Positions 9,600 to 19,407 of a stretch of DNA of 64,000 bases are shown one piece after another (positions within the stretch are counted from its first letter, which is position 1; the number at the start of each line of letters is the position of its first letter). The stretch is from Pseudomonadota bacterium. GTDB lineage: Bacteria > Pseudomonadota > Gammaproteobacteria > Burkholderiales > JAJZQI01. Made by a program: the position numbers and the translations under genes. Where the stretch lies: contig JAJZQI010000001.1 in the NCBI GenBank assembly GCA_021851875.1, forward strand, positions 19,511-83,510, given 5' to 3'. The notes below the pieces were generated by a model, which was not told where the DNA came from, did no database searches, and saw nothing but the letters and a program-made list of their open reading frames with translations.

Positions 9600-9986
9600 C
9601 TATTTGCCCGGTTTGTTCTGGTGGCCCGCCTGCCATTCCTGGCGGAATTCCTCGCGTTGTTCCGGCGGCATCTGGCGCAGCTGACTGAAGTTTTCCCGCG
9701 CGCGGCTGCGCTGTTCCGGCGACAGGTCGGCCCACTGCTGCAACCGGCGGTGCAAGCGTTCCCTTTTGTCCGGCGGCAGGCTCGGGTACTGCTCGGCCAC
9801 CATCATCAGGCGGGCGCGTTGCAGGTCGGACATCTGATTCCATTCGCCGGCCAGCGGCGACAGCGCTTCCCGTTGCTGGGAGTTCAATTGTTCCCATAAG
9901 GGCGCTGTCGGCGCATCGGCGTGGCCAAGCAAGGCATGGCCGGCTAGCAAACAGGCGATCAGCGCCTGGCGGACTTGTCCGGCCAT
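9600..9986 (-). CDS. DUF3106-like periplasmic protein
   Basis: Trimmed to the internal ATG at 9986 (MAGQVRQALIACLLAGHALLGHA signal peptide). Repeated W/L-x-L-S-P-E-Q-R motifs (WEQLNSQQREAL, WADLSPEQRSRAREN, MPPEQREEFRQEW). Confidence 0.75.
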   Translation of the reverse strand: MAGQVRQALIACLLAGHALLGHADAPTAPLWEQLNSQQREALSPLAGEWNQMSDLQRARLMMVAEQYPSLPPDKRERLHRRLQQWADLSPEQRSRARENFSQLRQMPPEQREEFRQEWQAGHQNKPGK

Positions 9987-10351
9987 TGGGGTATGTCCTC
10001 GTTCAGATAAGCGGAGATAGGCAGATCGCCGGTCAGCAACTGCGTGTCGATGTCCTGGATGGGCAGGGCGTGGTGAGGCTGCATGCTGCTGTACAGGGCG
10101 ATGCTCAGCAAAGCGATAAACACGAACAGCGCCAGCACACGATACAACAGGGGGCTGCCGGCCTCGTCGAGCAGGTCGAAGTCGAATCCCTGGCCTGTGC
10201 TCAGTGTGACGGTGGCGTGCATGCGTTGACGGGCCGTTGCGGCAGCGGCCTCGCGCGCCTGGCGCAGGCGCCATTCGGCGTGCGCCGGCAAAGCGTCCAG
10301 ATTCTGGTCCAGCTGCGTTTTTACCCAGCCGGCAAATATGCGCTCATTCAT
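9959..10351 (-). CDS. DUF3619-like single-pass membrane protein, candidate anti-sigma factor
   Basis: 8-nt overlap with the sigma gene stop. One central TM (LLYRVLALFVFIALLSIALY). Position immediately 3' of the ECF sigma gene. Confidence 0.65.
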   Translation of the reverse strand: MNERIFAGWVKTQLDQNLDALPAHAEWRLRQAREAAAATARQRMHATVTLSTGQGFDFDLLDEAGSPLLYRVLALFVFIALLSIALYSSMQPHHALPIQDIDTQLLTGDLPISAYLNEDIPQWPDKSARR

Positions 10352-10919
10352 TGATGTCGATCCCCTTGTCCTTCAGGAATGCAGCCAGCGCATGGTTCGC
10401 GCGCGAACAATGCGTTTTTACGCTGCCTTCCGAACAGCCCATGATTTCTGCGGTCTCTGCCACATCCATATCTTCCCAATAACGCAGCAAAAAGGCTTCG
10501 CGTTGACGTGCCGGCAGCTGCGCCAGTCCTTGTTCGATCCAGTGCATGATTTCTTCCCGCGCCAGCAGCTTTTCCGGCCGGGTTTCCTGCGGTGGTTCGC
10601 CGGCCGGCTGTAGCGTGTCGAGCAGGTCGTGCTCGTCGTCATCGTCCTTATTGCCGCCAAAGGCGGAAAACAGGGTGATCCAGGTGGAGCGGGTTTTGCT
10701 GCGGCGGTAATGGTCGTGAATGGCGTTCTGCAGAATGCGCTGGAACAGCATGGGCCACTCTTCCGCCGGCCGGTCGGCATAGTGCTCGGCCAGTTTAAGC
10801 ATGGCATTCTGCACGATATCGAGCGCGGCTTCCTCGTCGCGCACGGCATAAAGCGCCTGTTTGAAGGCGCGTCGCTCGCTCTGGGCAAGGAAGGAGGAAA
10901 AGGCGTCCAGCGGATTCAG
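10344..10919 (-). CDS. ECF-type RNA polymerase sigma factor (start codon uncertain)
   Basis: Sigma-2 (RRAFKQALYAVRDEEAALDIVQNAMLKL, ILQNAIHDHYRR) and sigma-4 (LPARQREAFLLRYWEDMDVAETAEIMGCSEGSVKTHCSRA). There is no ATG or GTG near the expected N-terminus. Candidate starts are CTG at 10919, preceded by GGAG with a 6-nt spacer, or TTG at 10955. The track start at 11075 overlaps the divergent gene. Confidence 0.8.
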   Translation of the reverse strand: MNPLDAFSSFLAQSERRAFKQALYAVRDEEAALDIVQNAMLKLAEHYADRPAEEWPMLFQRILQNAIHDHYRRSKTRSTWITLFSAFGGNKDDDDEHDLLDTLQPAGEPPQETRPEKLLAREEIMHWIEQGLAQLPARQREAFLLRYWEDMDVAETAEIMGCSEGSVKTHCSRANHALAAFLKDKGIDINE

Positions 10920-11037
10920 GTGAAACTCCGGATGAGGGCACTGGCAAAGCGGCAATCTTAACAGACAGCAAAGTTTTGCGAAATTTTGCGCGGGTTTGGT
11001 ACCATCGTGCGTTTCGATGTATGACGGGTAGCAGTAG

Positions 11038-12603
11038 ATGGACAGCGATCTGAAGTCTCTGGAGTTCGACGGCATTCGCCGACTTCTCGAACGTTTGGCA
11101 TTGACCCCCTATGGCGCGGATGCGGCGCGCAATCTGGAGCCGGCTCCCAGTCTGGCCGTCGCCCGCGCCATGCAGCAGGCCGTGACGGCTTCGCGTCAGG
11201 TGGTGGACGGCTATCTGCTGCCGCGCCTGGGCAATGTGCCGGATATCCGCGCCTCGCTGCGTCAGGCCGATCAGCAGGGCGCCGCCCTGTCGCCCAGCGC
11301 GCTGTCGAATCTGCGGGTGGTGATGAATATCGTGCTGCAGCTGCGCGAGCTGGTGGCGCAATTCCCCGGGCTGTACCAGAACATCGGTCAGCTCAAGGCG
11401 CCCGCCACGCTGATGCAGGTGCTGGACAAGACCATTTCCCATGCCGGCCGCCTGAAGGAAGATGCCTCGCCCGAGCTGGCGGATCTGCATAAACAATATG
11501 TCGATATCCAGAAGCAGGTGGAAAACCATCTGAAGGACCTGATCCGCTCGCCCTCTTACACCGGTCTGTTCGACGAGGATGCCAAGCCGGGCTGGCAGGG
11601 CATTCGCGCTGTGCTGACCATTCGTGCGGTCAATGCCGACAAGATCAAGGGTGTGCGTCGCGGCACCTCGGGCGGCGGGCGCGACGCCCTGGTCGAGCCG
11701 ATCGAGGTGGTGGCCCACAACAACCGGCTGGAAACGCTGGGCGGTCAGATCGAGTCGCAGAACCAGATCGTCCTGCGCGCGGTGACGGATGACGTGCGCG
11801 CCCATCTGGCCGAGCTGGAGGGCGCCATCGACGCGCTGACCTGGATCGACCTGGCGTTTGCCGCCGGTCAGCTGTCGGCTGCCATGAACGCCGGCGCTCC
11901 GGCGCTGGTCGATGCCCCCATCGTGCGTCTGAACAAAGCCTACCACCCGCAGCTGATGCTGCAGTTCATGGACAAGCAGATCAGCCAGCTCAAGCCCCTG
12001 ACCATCCAGCTGGATGAAAACCAGCCGATGATGGTGATCACCGGGCCCAATACCGGCGGCAAGACGGTTGTGCTGAAAACCGTCGGCCTGCTGGCCACCA
12101 TGGCGCACTGCGGTCTGCATGTGCCGTCGGAAGAGTTGTGCGAGATCGGCGACTTCTCCCGCATTATCGTGGATGTGGGCGACAAGCAGAGCCTGCATCA
12201 CCACCTGTCCACCTTTGCCGGCCACGTGGAAGTATTGAAGCGGCTGCTGGGCGAGGCCGATGACCGCACGCTGGTGCTGATGGACGAGTTGGGCACCGGT
12301 ACCGATCCGGAAGAGGGCGCTTCGCTGGCCATGGCGGTGCTGGATGAGCTGTCCAGCCGCAAGGTGCACGGCATCGTCACGACCCACCTGTCACCGCTTA
12401 AGGGCTTTGCCGATGGTCACAGCTATTTGACCAACGCCTCCATGCGCTTCGATTTTGAAAATCTGTCGCCGACGTATGAACTTGAGCCGGGCAAGGCGGG
12501 TCAATCCCTGGGGTTGATCATTGCCGAGAAGAACGGCTTGCCCAGCGGTCTGGTGGAAAAGGCTCGCGGCTATCTGGCAACCCTGCACCCGAACGGGGGG
12601 TGA
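11038..12603 (+). CDS. MutS2-family ATPase lacking a Smr domain
   Basis: MutS domain V with Walker A (ITGPNTGGKTVVLKT) and Walker B (LMDELGTGTDPEEG). The protein ends about 80 aa after the ATPase, with no Smr-like C-terminus. Confidence 0.75.
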   Translation: MDSDLKSLEFDGIRRLLERLALTPYGADAARNLEPAPSLAVARAMQQAVTASRQVVDGYLLPRLGNVPDIRASLRQADQQGAALSPSALSNLRVVMNIVLQLRELVAQFPGLYQNIGQLKAPATLMQVLDKTISHAGRLKEDASPELADLHKQYVDIQKQVENHLKDLIRSPSYTGLFDEDAKPGWQGIRAVLTIRAVNADKIKGVRRGTSGGGRDALVEPIEVVAHNNRLETLGGQIESQNQIVLRAVTDDVRAHLAELEGAIDALTWIDLAFAAGQLSAAMNAGAPALVDAPIVRLNKAYHPQLMLQFMDKQISQLKPLTIQLDENQPMMVITGPNTGGKTVVLKTVGLLATMAHCGLHVPSEELCEIGDFSRIIVDVGDKQSLHHHLSTFAGHVEVLKRLLGEADDRTLVLMDELGTGTDPEEGASLAMAVLDELSSRKVHGIVTTHLSPLKGFADGHSYLTNASMRFDFENLSPTYELEPGKAGQSLGLIIAEKNGLPSGLVEKARGYLATLHPNGG

Positions 12604-12777
12604 CGGGGCTGTCGCAGCAGACGGGGTTATCCGCCTTGTCTGTAGGGGTTTTGCGCTGGCTCGGGGGTTAAATTTTCCTTGACCAAACTGGCATATGTCG
12701 GTAACTTCAAAGGTTTTTCGGTACGAAATAATCTGTCGGCGTTGGTGCTGGCGGAATTGATTTAAAGAGTTGAAAAA

Positions 12778-14481
12778 ATGGAACTCACTGGTGCGGAAAT
12801 AGTAGTTCGCTGCCTGGCTGACGAAGGGGTCGATTTTGTCTTCGGTTACCCCGGCGGCGCAGTGCTGAATATCTACGACGAGATTTTCAAGCAGGATAAA
12901 TTCAAGCATGTGCTGGTGCGCCATGAGCAGGCGGCCGTGCATGCGGCTGACGGGTATGCCCGTTCCACCGGGCGTGTCGGCGTGGCGCTGGTCACGTCCG
13001 GCCCGGGTGCGACCAATGCGGTCACCGGCATTGCCACCGCCTACATGGATTCCATTCCCATGGTGATTCTCACCGGCCAGGCGCCGGTGCCGGCCATCGG
13101 TCTCGATTCCTTCCAGGAAGTCGATACCGTCGGCATCACCCGTCCCTGCGTGAAGCACAACTTCCTGGTGAAGGATATCGCCGACCTGGCAGCCACCATC
13201 AAGAAGGCCTTCTACATCGCCGCGAGCGGCCGTCCGGGCCCCGTGCTGGTGGACATTCCCAAGGACGTGACCATTTACAAGCACGCCTACGAATACCCGA
13301 AAGAGGTGTCGCTGCGCTCCTACAATCCGGTCACCAAGGGCCATCCGGGCCAGATCAAGAAAGCCGTGCAGCTGCTGTTGTCGGCCAAACGCCCGATGAT
13401 CTATGCCGGCGGCGGCGTGGTGCTGTCCGACGCCTCCAAGCAGCTGATCGAGTTCGTCAAACTGCTGGGCGCGCCCTGCACCAACACTCTTATGGGGCTG
13501 GGCGCCTATCCGGCCAACGATCCGCAGTTTCTCGGCATGCCGGGCATGCACGGCACCTACGAAGCCAATATGGCCATGCAGCACTGCGATGTGCTGATCG
13601 GCATCGGCGCCCGCTTCGACGACCGCGTGATCGGCAACCCGGATCACTTCTTCCAGGATGAGAAAAAGATCATCCATGTCGACATCGACCCGGCCTCCAT
13701 CTCCAAGCGCGTGAAAGTGGATGTGCCCATCGTCGGCGGCGTGTCCGACGTGCTGGACGAGATGATCAAGATCCTCAAGGCCAGCAAGGAACGCCCGGAC
13801 GAGAAGGCCATGAAGTCCTGGTGGTCGCAGGTCGAACTGTGGCGCTCGCGCGAGTGCCTGAAGTTCAACAACAGCAGCGAGATCATCAAGCCGCAATACG
13901 TGGTGCAAACCCTGCATCAGGTCACCAACGGTGAGGCTTATGTGACCTCCGACGTGGGCCAGCACCAGATGTGGGCGGCGCAGTATTACGGCTTCAACAA
14001 GCCGCGCCACTGGATCAATTCCGGCGGCCTGGGCACCATGGGCTTCGGTCTGCCGTCTGCCATGGGCGTGCAGTTGGCGCATCCGGATGCGCAGGTGGCC
14101 TGCATTACCGGCGAAGCCTCCATCCAGATGTGTATTCAGGAATTGTCCACCTGCAAGCAGTACCACATGCCGGTGAAGATCATTAACCTGAACAACCGCT
14201 ATCTGGGCATGGTGCGTCAGTGGCAGGAATTCTTCTATGGCAACCGCTATGCCGAATCCTACATGGATGCGCTGCCGGATTTCGTCAAACTGGCGGAAGC
14301 CTACGGTCATGTCGGCATGAAGATCGAAAAGCCGTCCGACGTTGAGCCGGCGCTGAAGGAAGCCTTTTCGCCCAAGCTGAAAGAGCGTCTGGTGTTCATG
14401 GACTTCATTACCGACCAGACTGAAAACGTTTACCCGATGGTGCCGAACGGCAAGGGCCTGTCGGAAATGATTCTGTTGTGA
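12778..14481 (+). CDS. ilvI: acetolactate synthase large subunit
   Basis: 567 aa, ThDP enzyme motifs (GYPGGAVLNIYD, GGLGTMGFGLPSAMG), followed by the small subunit gene. Confidence 0.95.
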   Translation: MELTGAEIVVRCLADEGVDFVFGYPGGAVLNIYDEIFKQDKFKHVLVRHEQAAVHAADGYARSTGRVGVALVTSGPGATNAVTGIATAYMDSIPMVILTGQAPVPAIGLDSFQEVDTVGITRPCVKHNFLVKDIADLAATIKKAFYIAASGRPGPVLVDIPKDVTIYKHAYEYPKEVSLRSYNPVTKGHPGQIKKAVQLLLSAKRPMIYAGGGVVLSDASKQLIEFVKLLGAPCTNTLMGLGAYPANDPQFLGMPGMHGTYEANMAMQHCDVLIGIGARFDDRVIGNPDHFFQDEKKIIHVDIDPASISKRVKVDVPIVGGVSDVLDEMIKILKASKERPDEKAMKSWWSQVELWRSRECLKFNNSSEIIKPQYVVQTLHQVTNGEAYVTSDVGQHQMWAAQYYGFNKPRHWINSGGLGTMGFGLPSAMGVQLAHPDAQVACITGEASIQMCIQELSTCKQYHMPVKIINLNNRYLGMVRQWQEFFYGNRYAESYMDALPDFVKLAEAYGHVGMKIEKPSDVEPALKEAFSPKLKERLVFMDFITDQTENVYPMVPNGKGLSEMILL

Positions 14482-14491
14482 GCGCGACCCG

Positions 14492-14983
14492 ATGAGACAC
14501 ATTATTTCTTTGCTGATGGAAAACGAAGCCGGCGCGCTGTCACGCGTGGCCGGTCTGTTCTCGGCCCGCGGCTACAACATCGAGTCGCTGACCGTGGCGC
14601 CGACCGAAGACGAAACCCTGTCGCGCATGACCATCGTCACCCGTGGCTCCGATGACGTCATTGAGCAGATCATCAAGCAGCTGAACAAGCTGGTTGACGT
14701 GGTGAAGGTGCTGGACCTGAACGAAGGCGATCACATTGAGCGCGAGCTGATGCTGGTGAAGGTGAAAGCCGCCGGCAAGGACCGCGAAGAGATGAAGCGC
14801 ATGGCGGACATTTTCCGCGGCCGCATCATCGACGTGACCGACAAGACCTACACCATCGAGCTGACCGGTCCGGGCAGCAAGCTGGACGCCTTCCTGGAAG
14901 CGCTGGATGCCAGCGTGATCCTGGAAACCGTGCGTACCGGCGCATCCGGCATCGGCCGCGGCGACCGCATACTCCGAATTTGA
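14492..14983 (+). CDS. ilvH: acetolactate synthase small (regulatory) subunit
   Basis: 163 aa, ACT domain start MRHIISLLMENEAGALSRVAGLFSARGYNIESLTV. Confidence 0.95.
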   Translation: MRHIISLLMENEAGALSRVAGLFSARGYNIESLTVAPTEDETLSRMTIVTRGSDDVIEQIIKQLNKLVDVVKVLDLNEGDHIERELMLVKVKAAGKDREEMKRMADIFRGRIIDVTDKTYTIELTGPGSKLDAFLEALDASVILETVRTGASGIGRGDRILRI

Positions 14984-15016
14984 AATTAAGTGCGGCAGAG
15001 GCAAAAAAACGTAAAG

Positions 15017-15037
15017 CGCCTCACGCCTCACGTCTCA
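15017..15037 (+). repeat. heptanucleotide tandem array (CGCCTCA, CGCCTCA, CGTCTCA)
   Basis: Read directly in the ilvH-ilvC spacer. Confidence 0.8.
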
Positions 15038-15056
15038 CTATTAAACGAAAGGATAG

Positions 15057-16076
<1,020 letters not shown>

Positions 16077-16083
16077 TCAGGGC

Positions 16084-16161
16084 GTGAAGGGGGAAGGGAG
16101 AAGAGGGAAGGGCTGAGCCCGGCCTTCTTGCTCCCTTCCCCCTTCTCTCTTTTCCCTTCCC
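16084..16161. repeat. two inverted purine/pyrimidine heptamer arrays forming a long imperfect hairpin
   Basis: 16084-16111 reads GTGAAGG GGGAAGG GAGAAGA GGGAAGG. 16134-16161 reads CCTTCCC CCTTCTC TCTTTTC CCTTCCC. The arms are 23/28 complementary by my hand alignment. Located between the ilvC stop and the psd start. Confidence 0.85.
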
Positions 16162-16170
16162 AGGATTCCT

Positions 16171-16821
16171 ATGTCCAACTACCCCCATCCTATTCTTGCC
16201 CGCGAAGGCTGGCCCTTCATCGCCCTCTCCGTGGGAGCAGCCATTGCTGCAACACTCTGGTTCCCGGCTGCCCAATGGCCGCTGTGGATCATTGCCGGCT
16301 TCGTGGTGCAATTTTTCCGTGACCCGCCGCGCGAAATTCCGTCAGGCGAGGGCTTGGTGATTTCTCCGGCCGACGGCCGCATCGTGGCCATCGAAAAGAC
16401 CACCGATCCCTACCTGAACCGTCAGGCGCTGAAAATCAGCGTGTTCATGAACGTGTTCAACGTGCATTCCAATCGCAGTCCGGTCGACGGCGAAGTGAGG
16501 CAGCGCTGGTACAACCCGGGCAGGTTTCTCAATGCCGCGCTGGAAAAGGCCTCGCTGGAAAACGAGCGCAATGCCCTGTGGATCAAGACCGCCGACGGCC
16601 AGGACGTGACCTGCGTGCAGATCGCCGGCCTGGTGGCGCGTCGCATCCTGTGTTACGTCGACAAGGGTTCGCAACTGGCCCGCGGTCAGCGTTACGGCTT
16701 CATTCGCTTTGGCTCGCGCGTCGATGTATACTTGCCACCGAATGCCACCCCCAAAGTCGGTATGGGTGACAAGGTCAGCGCTACGGAAACGGTGCTGGCA
16801 CAACTGCATAGCGATGTCTGA
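16171..16821 (+). CDS. psd: phosphatidylserine decarboxylase proenzyme (short form)
   Basis: 216 aa. [10 protein letters not shown] contains the GS(R/T) self-cleavage site region. Adjacent to pssA. Confidence 0.88.
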   Translation: MSNYPHPILAREGWPFIALSVGAAIAATLWFPAAQWPLWIIAGFVVQFFRDPPREIPSGEGLVISPADGRIVAIEKTTDPYLNRQALKISVFMNVFNVHSNRSPVDGEVRQRWYNPGRFLNAALEKASLENERNALWIKTADGQDVTCVQIAGLVARRILCYVDKGSQLARGQRYGFIRFGSRVDVYLPPNATPKVGMGDKVSATETVLAQLHSDV

Positions 16822-16840
16822 CAGAGAGCCGTAAGCCGCA

Positions 16841-17629
16841 ATGGCACAAAACTACGAAAAACGCACTCACCGTTCGCTGATTGATCCCGCCATGAGCCGG
16901 CGGGGCATCTACCTGTTGCCCAATCTGTTCACCACCGGTGCCTTGTTTGCCGGTTTCTACAGCATCGTCCAAGCCATGAGCGGGCGGTGGGAGCATGCCG
17001 CCGTGGCCATTTTCATCGCCATGGTGCTGGACGGTCTGGATGGCCGGGTGGCGCGCATGACCCGCACCCAGAGCGCCTTCGGGGCGGAATACGACAGCCT
17101 GTCCGACATGGTGTCGTTTGGTGTGGCGCCGGCGCTGGTGATGTATGTCTGGGCGCTCAAAGGCATGGGCAAACTGGGCTGGATCGCCGCCTTCATCTAT
17201 TGCGCCGGTGCCGCATTACGTCTCGCGCGTTTCAACACCCAGCTGGAAGTGGCTGACAAACGTTACTTCCAGGGCTTGCCCAGCCCGGCTGCCGCCGCGC
17301 TGATCGCCGGTTTCATCTGGGTGCTGAACGACTATGACATTTCCGGCGTTACCGTGCACTGGGCTGCCTGGGTTCTGACCCTGTTTGCCGGCCTCAACAT
17401 GGTAAGCAACATGCGCTACTACAGCGGCAAGGACATTAACCTGCGTAAAAGCGTGCCGTTTGTCGTGATCGTAGGCATCGTACTGGCTTTTGTGCTGATT
17501 TCCTACCGCCCGCCTGAGGTGCTGTTCGGTCTGTTTGTGCTGTATGCCCTGTCGGCCTATGTGCTGGCGGTGGTCGGCTGGTTCAGGAAAGATAGCAAGA
17601 AGGGTGTTCCGCCAGCGGCAGGTCAGTGA
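16841..17629 (+). CDS. pssA: CDP-diacylglycerol--serine O-phosphatidyltransferase
   Basis: CDP-alcohol phosphatidyltransferase motif DGLDGRVARMTRTQSAFGAEYDSLSD within a polytopic protein. Confidence 0.92.
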   Translation: MAQNYEKRTHRSLIDPAMSRRGIYLLPNLFTTGALFAGFYSIVQAMSGRWEHAAVAIFIAMVLDGLDGRVARMTRTQSAFGAEYDSLSDMVSFGVAPALVMYVWALKGMGKLGWIAAFIYCAGAALRLARFNTQLEVADKRYFQGLPSPAAAALIAGFIWVLNDYDISGVTVHWAAWVLTLFAGLNMVSNMRYYSGKDINLRKSVPFVVIVGIVLAFVLISYRPPEVLFGLFVLYALSAYVLAVVGWFRKDSKKGVPPAAGQ

Positions 17630-17644
17630 GTGAGGCTGCAAACG

Positions 17645-17672
17645 GTGAACAGTGAACAGTGAACAGTGAACA
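17645..17672 (+). repeat. heptanucleotide tandem array (4x GTGAACA)
   Basis: Read directly, 16 nt after the pssA stop and followed by the degenerate unit GTAGCAA. Confidence 0.95.
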
Positions 17673-17680
17673 GTAGCAAC

Positions 17681-17710
17681 AAAAAAGCCCACGACAGCGT
17701 GGGCTTTTTT
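17681..17710. terminator. bidirectional rho-independent terminator
   Basis: AAAAAAGCCCACgacagcGTGGGCTTTTTT, a stem flanked by an A6 run and a T6 run, between convergent pssA and the helicase gene. Confidence 0.85.
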
Positions 17711-17757
17711 GTGGGGCGAGCGGCTAGTTTTCTGCTAACCGCTTGCTGTTCACCGTC

Positions 17758-19407
17758 TCAGTAACGCTTGTCGGCGTTGCTGCGCTTGGGGCGGCGCTCG
17801 CCGCCGAAGCGGTCGTTGTTGCCTTCTGCGCTGCGCGGACGACGATCAGCGTTGAAGCTGTTGCCTTCGCGCGGGGCGCGGTTGCCGAAGTTGTCGTCGC
17901 GGCGGGGAGCGGCATGGTTGTCCGTGCGCTGGCCGTAACCACCTTCACGGCGCTGACCACCAAAGCCACCTTCGCGCCGTTGGCCGTCAAACCCGCCTTC
18001 GCGACGCTGGCCGGCGAAACCGCCTTCGCGGCGTTGGCCCTCAAAGCCACCTTCGCGACGTTGACCGTCGAAACCACCTTCACGGCGCTGACCGCCAAAA
18101 CCGCCTTCACGACGTTGACCGCCGAAACCTTCGCCGCGGTTGCCGTAACCGGCCTTCTGGCCATGACGCGGCGGCTGGTTGCGACGGTCGCCACGGCGTT
18201 CCGGGCTCGGCTTGATTTTCGGTTCCAGACCTTCAATGGTGTGGATATCCATGGTCTTGGTGGTGTAGCGCTCGATGGCGCGCACCAGACCGCGCTCGCG
18301 TACGCTGGCCAGCGATACGGCGACGCCGGAGCGACCGGCACGGCCGGTACGGCCGATGCGGTGCACGTAATCTTCCACCTGGCGCGGCAGGTCGAAGTTG
18401 ATCACGTGGCTGACGCCGGCGACGTCGATGCCGCGGGCCGCCACGTCGGTGGCCACCAGCACGCGCATACGGCCCTGGCGCAGGGCCTGCAGGGTGCGGT
18501 TGCGCTGGCCCTGGTTCATGTCGCCGTGCAGTGCGCCGGCCTGGAAGCCGTTGGCGCGCAGTTCGCTGGAGATGTCTTCGGCCGCCATTTTGGTGGAGGT
18601 GAACACAACGGCCTGGTTCATGCTGACGTCGCGCAGCAGTGCATCGAGCAGGCGGGTCTTGTGGCCCAGATCGTCGGCAAACATCAGGCGCTGTTCGATT
18701 TTGGCTTCCTGTTGCGGCTGCTTGGCAATCTCGATACGCTGGGCATTACGGGTGATGCGGCTGGCCAGGTTGCCCACTACGCCGTCCAGCGTGGCTGAGA
18801 ACAGCAGGGTCTGGCGGTTGTCCGGCAGGCGGGCGATGATGCTTTCGATGTCGCCGATGAAGCCCATGTCCAGCATGCGGTCGGCTTCGTCGAGAATGAG
18901 GGTTTGAATATTGCCCATTTCAACGCGGCCGCGTTCCATGTGGTCCATCAGGCGGCCCGGCGTGGCGACGATGATGTCGACCGGCTGGCGCAGCAGTTGC
19001 AGCTGCTTGGCGTACGGTGCGCCGCCTACCAGGCAGACGGTGCGCAGACGGCGCAGTTCGCGACCGTAGGTGTCGGCGGCTTTTTGCACCTGCAGGGCCA
19101 GTTCGCGGGTCGGGGTCAGCACCAGCACGCTGGCGCCATTACCGGGACGGCCGGAGTCGGCCAGACGCTGCAGGCAGGGCAGCAGGAACGCGGCGGTTTT
19201 GCCGCTGCCGGTGTGCGAGGATACCAGCAGGTCGGACCCGCTCAGCGCGGCCGGGATAGCCTGTTGTTGTACCGGAGTCGGCTGGGTGTAGCCGGCGCGT
19301 GCCAGTGCCTTGGTAATAAAGGGGTTCAGTCCGAGCGAGTCGAACGTAACGGTGTCGGTTGCGGTTTCAGTGGACGCAACGGGGGTATTGCTTGCTTCAA
19401 CAGTCAT
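17758..19407 (-). CDS. rhlE: DEAD-box ATP-dependent RNA helicase with Arg/Gly-rich repeat tail
   Basis: Q motif, SHTGSGKTAAF, DEAD (ILDEADRM), SAT and HRIGRTGRAG motifs. C-terminal tail has about 7 tandem GQRREGGFx nonapeptides. Confidence 0.93.
   Translation of the reverse strand: MTVEASNTPVASTETATDTVTFDSLGLNPFITKALARAGYTQPTPVQQQAIPAALSGSDLLVSSHTGSGKTAAFLLPCLQRLADSGRPGNGASVLVLTPTRELALQVQKAADTYGRELRRLRTVCLVGGAPYAKQLQLLRQPVDIIVATPGRLMDHMERGRVEMGNIQTLILDEADRMLDMGFIGDIESIIARLPDNRQTLLFSATLDGVVGNLASRITRNAQRIEIAKQPQQEAKIEQRLMFADDLGHKTRLLDALLRDVSMNQAVVFTSTKMAAEDISSELRANGFQAGALHGDMNQGQRNRTLQALRQGRMRVLVATDVAARGIDVAGVSHVINFDLPRQVEDYVHRIGRTGRAGRSGVAVSLASVRERGLVRAIERYTTKTMDIHTIEGLEPKIKPSPERRGDRRNQPPRHGQKAGYGNRGEGFGGQRREGGFGGQRREGGFDGQRREGGFEGQRREGGFAGQRREGGFDGQRREGGFGGQRREGGYGQRTDNHAAPRRDDNFGNRAPREGNSFNADRRPRSAEGNNDRFGGERRPKRSNADKRY
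17935..18135 (-). repeat. in-frame 27-nt tandem repeat inside the helicase gene (GQRREGGF-x units)
   Basis: Seen in both the DNA and the translation. Units differ mainly at the 9th codon (G/D/E/A). Confidence 0.9.

Noticed and set aside
10795-14502. 530-aa and 703-aa minus-strand ORFs (10795-12387, 12391-14502)
   Set aside because: They are antisense to the MutS2-like gene and to ilvI respectively. They have no motifs and a composition typical of GC-rich antisense frames.
17743-18798. 351-aa plus-strand ORF rich in A/V/T/F repeats
   Set aside because: It is a mirror image of the helicase gene and its 27-nt repeats, and the periodicity is inherited from the real minus-strand coding repeat.
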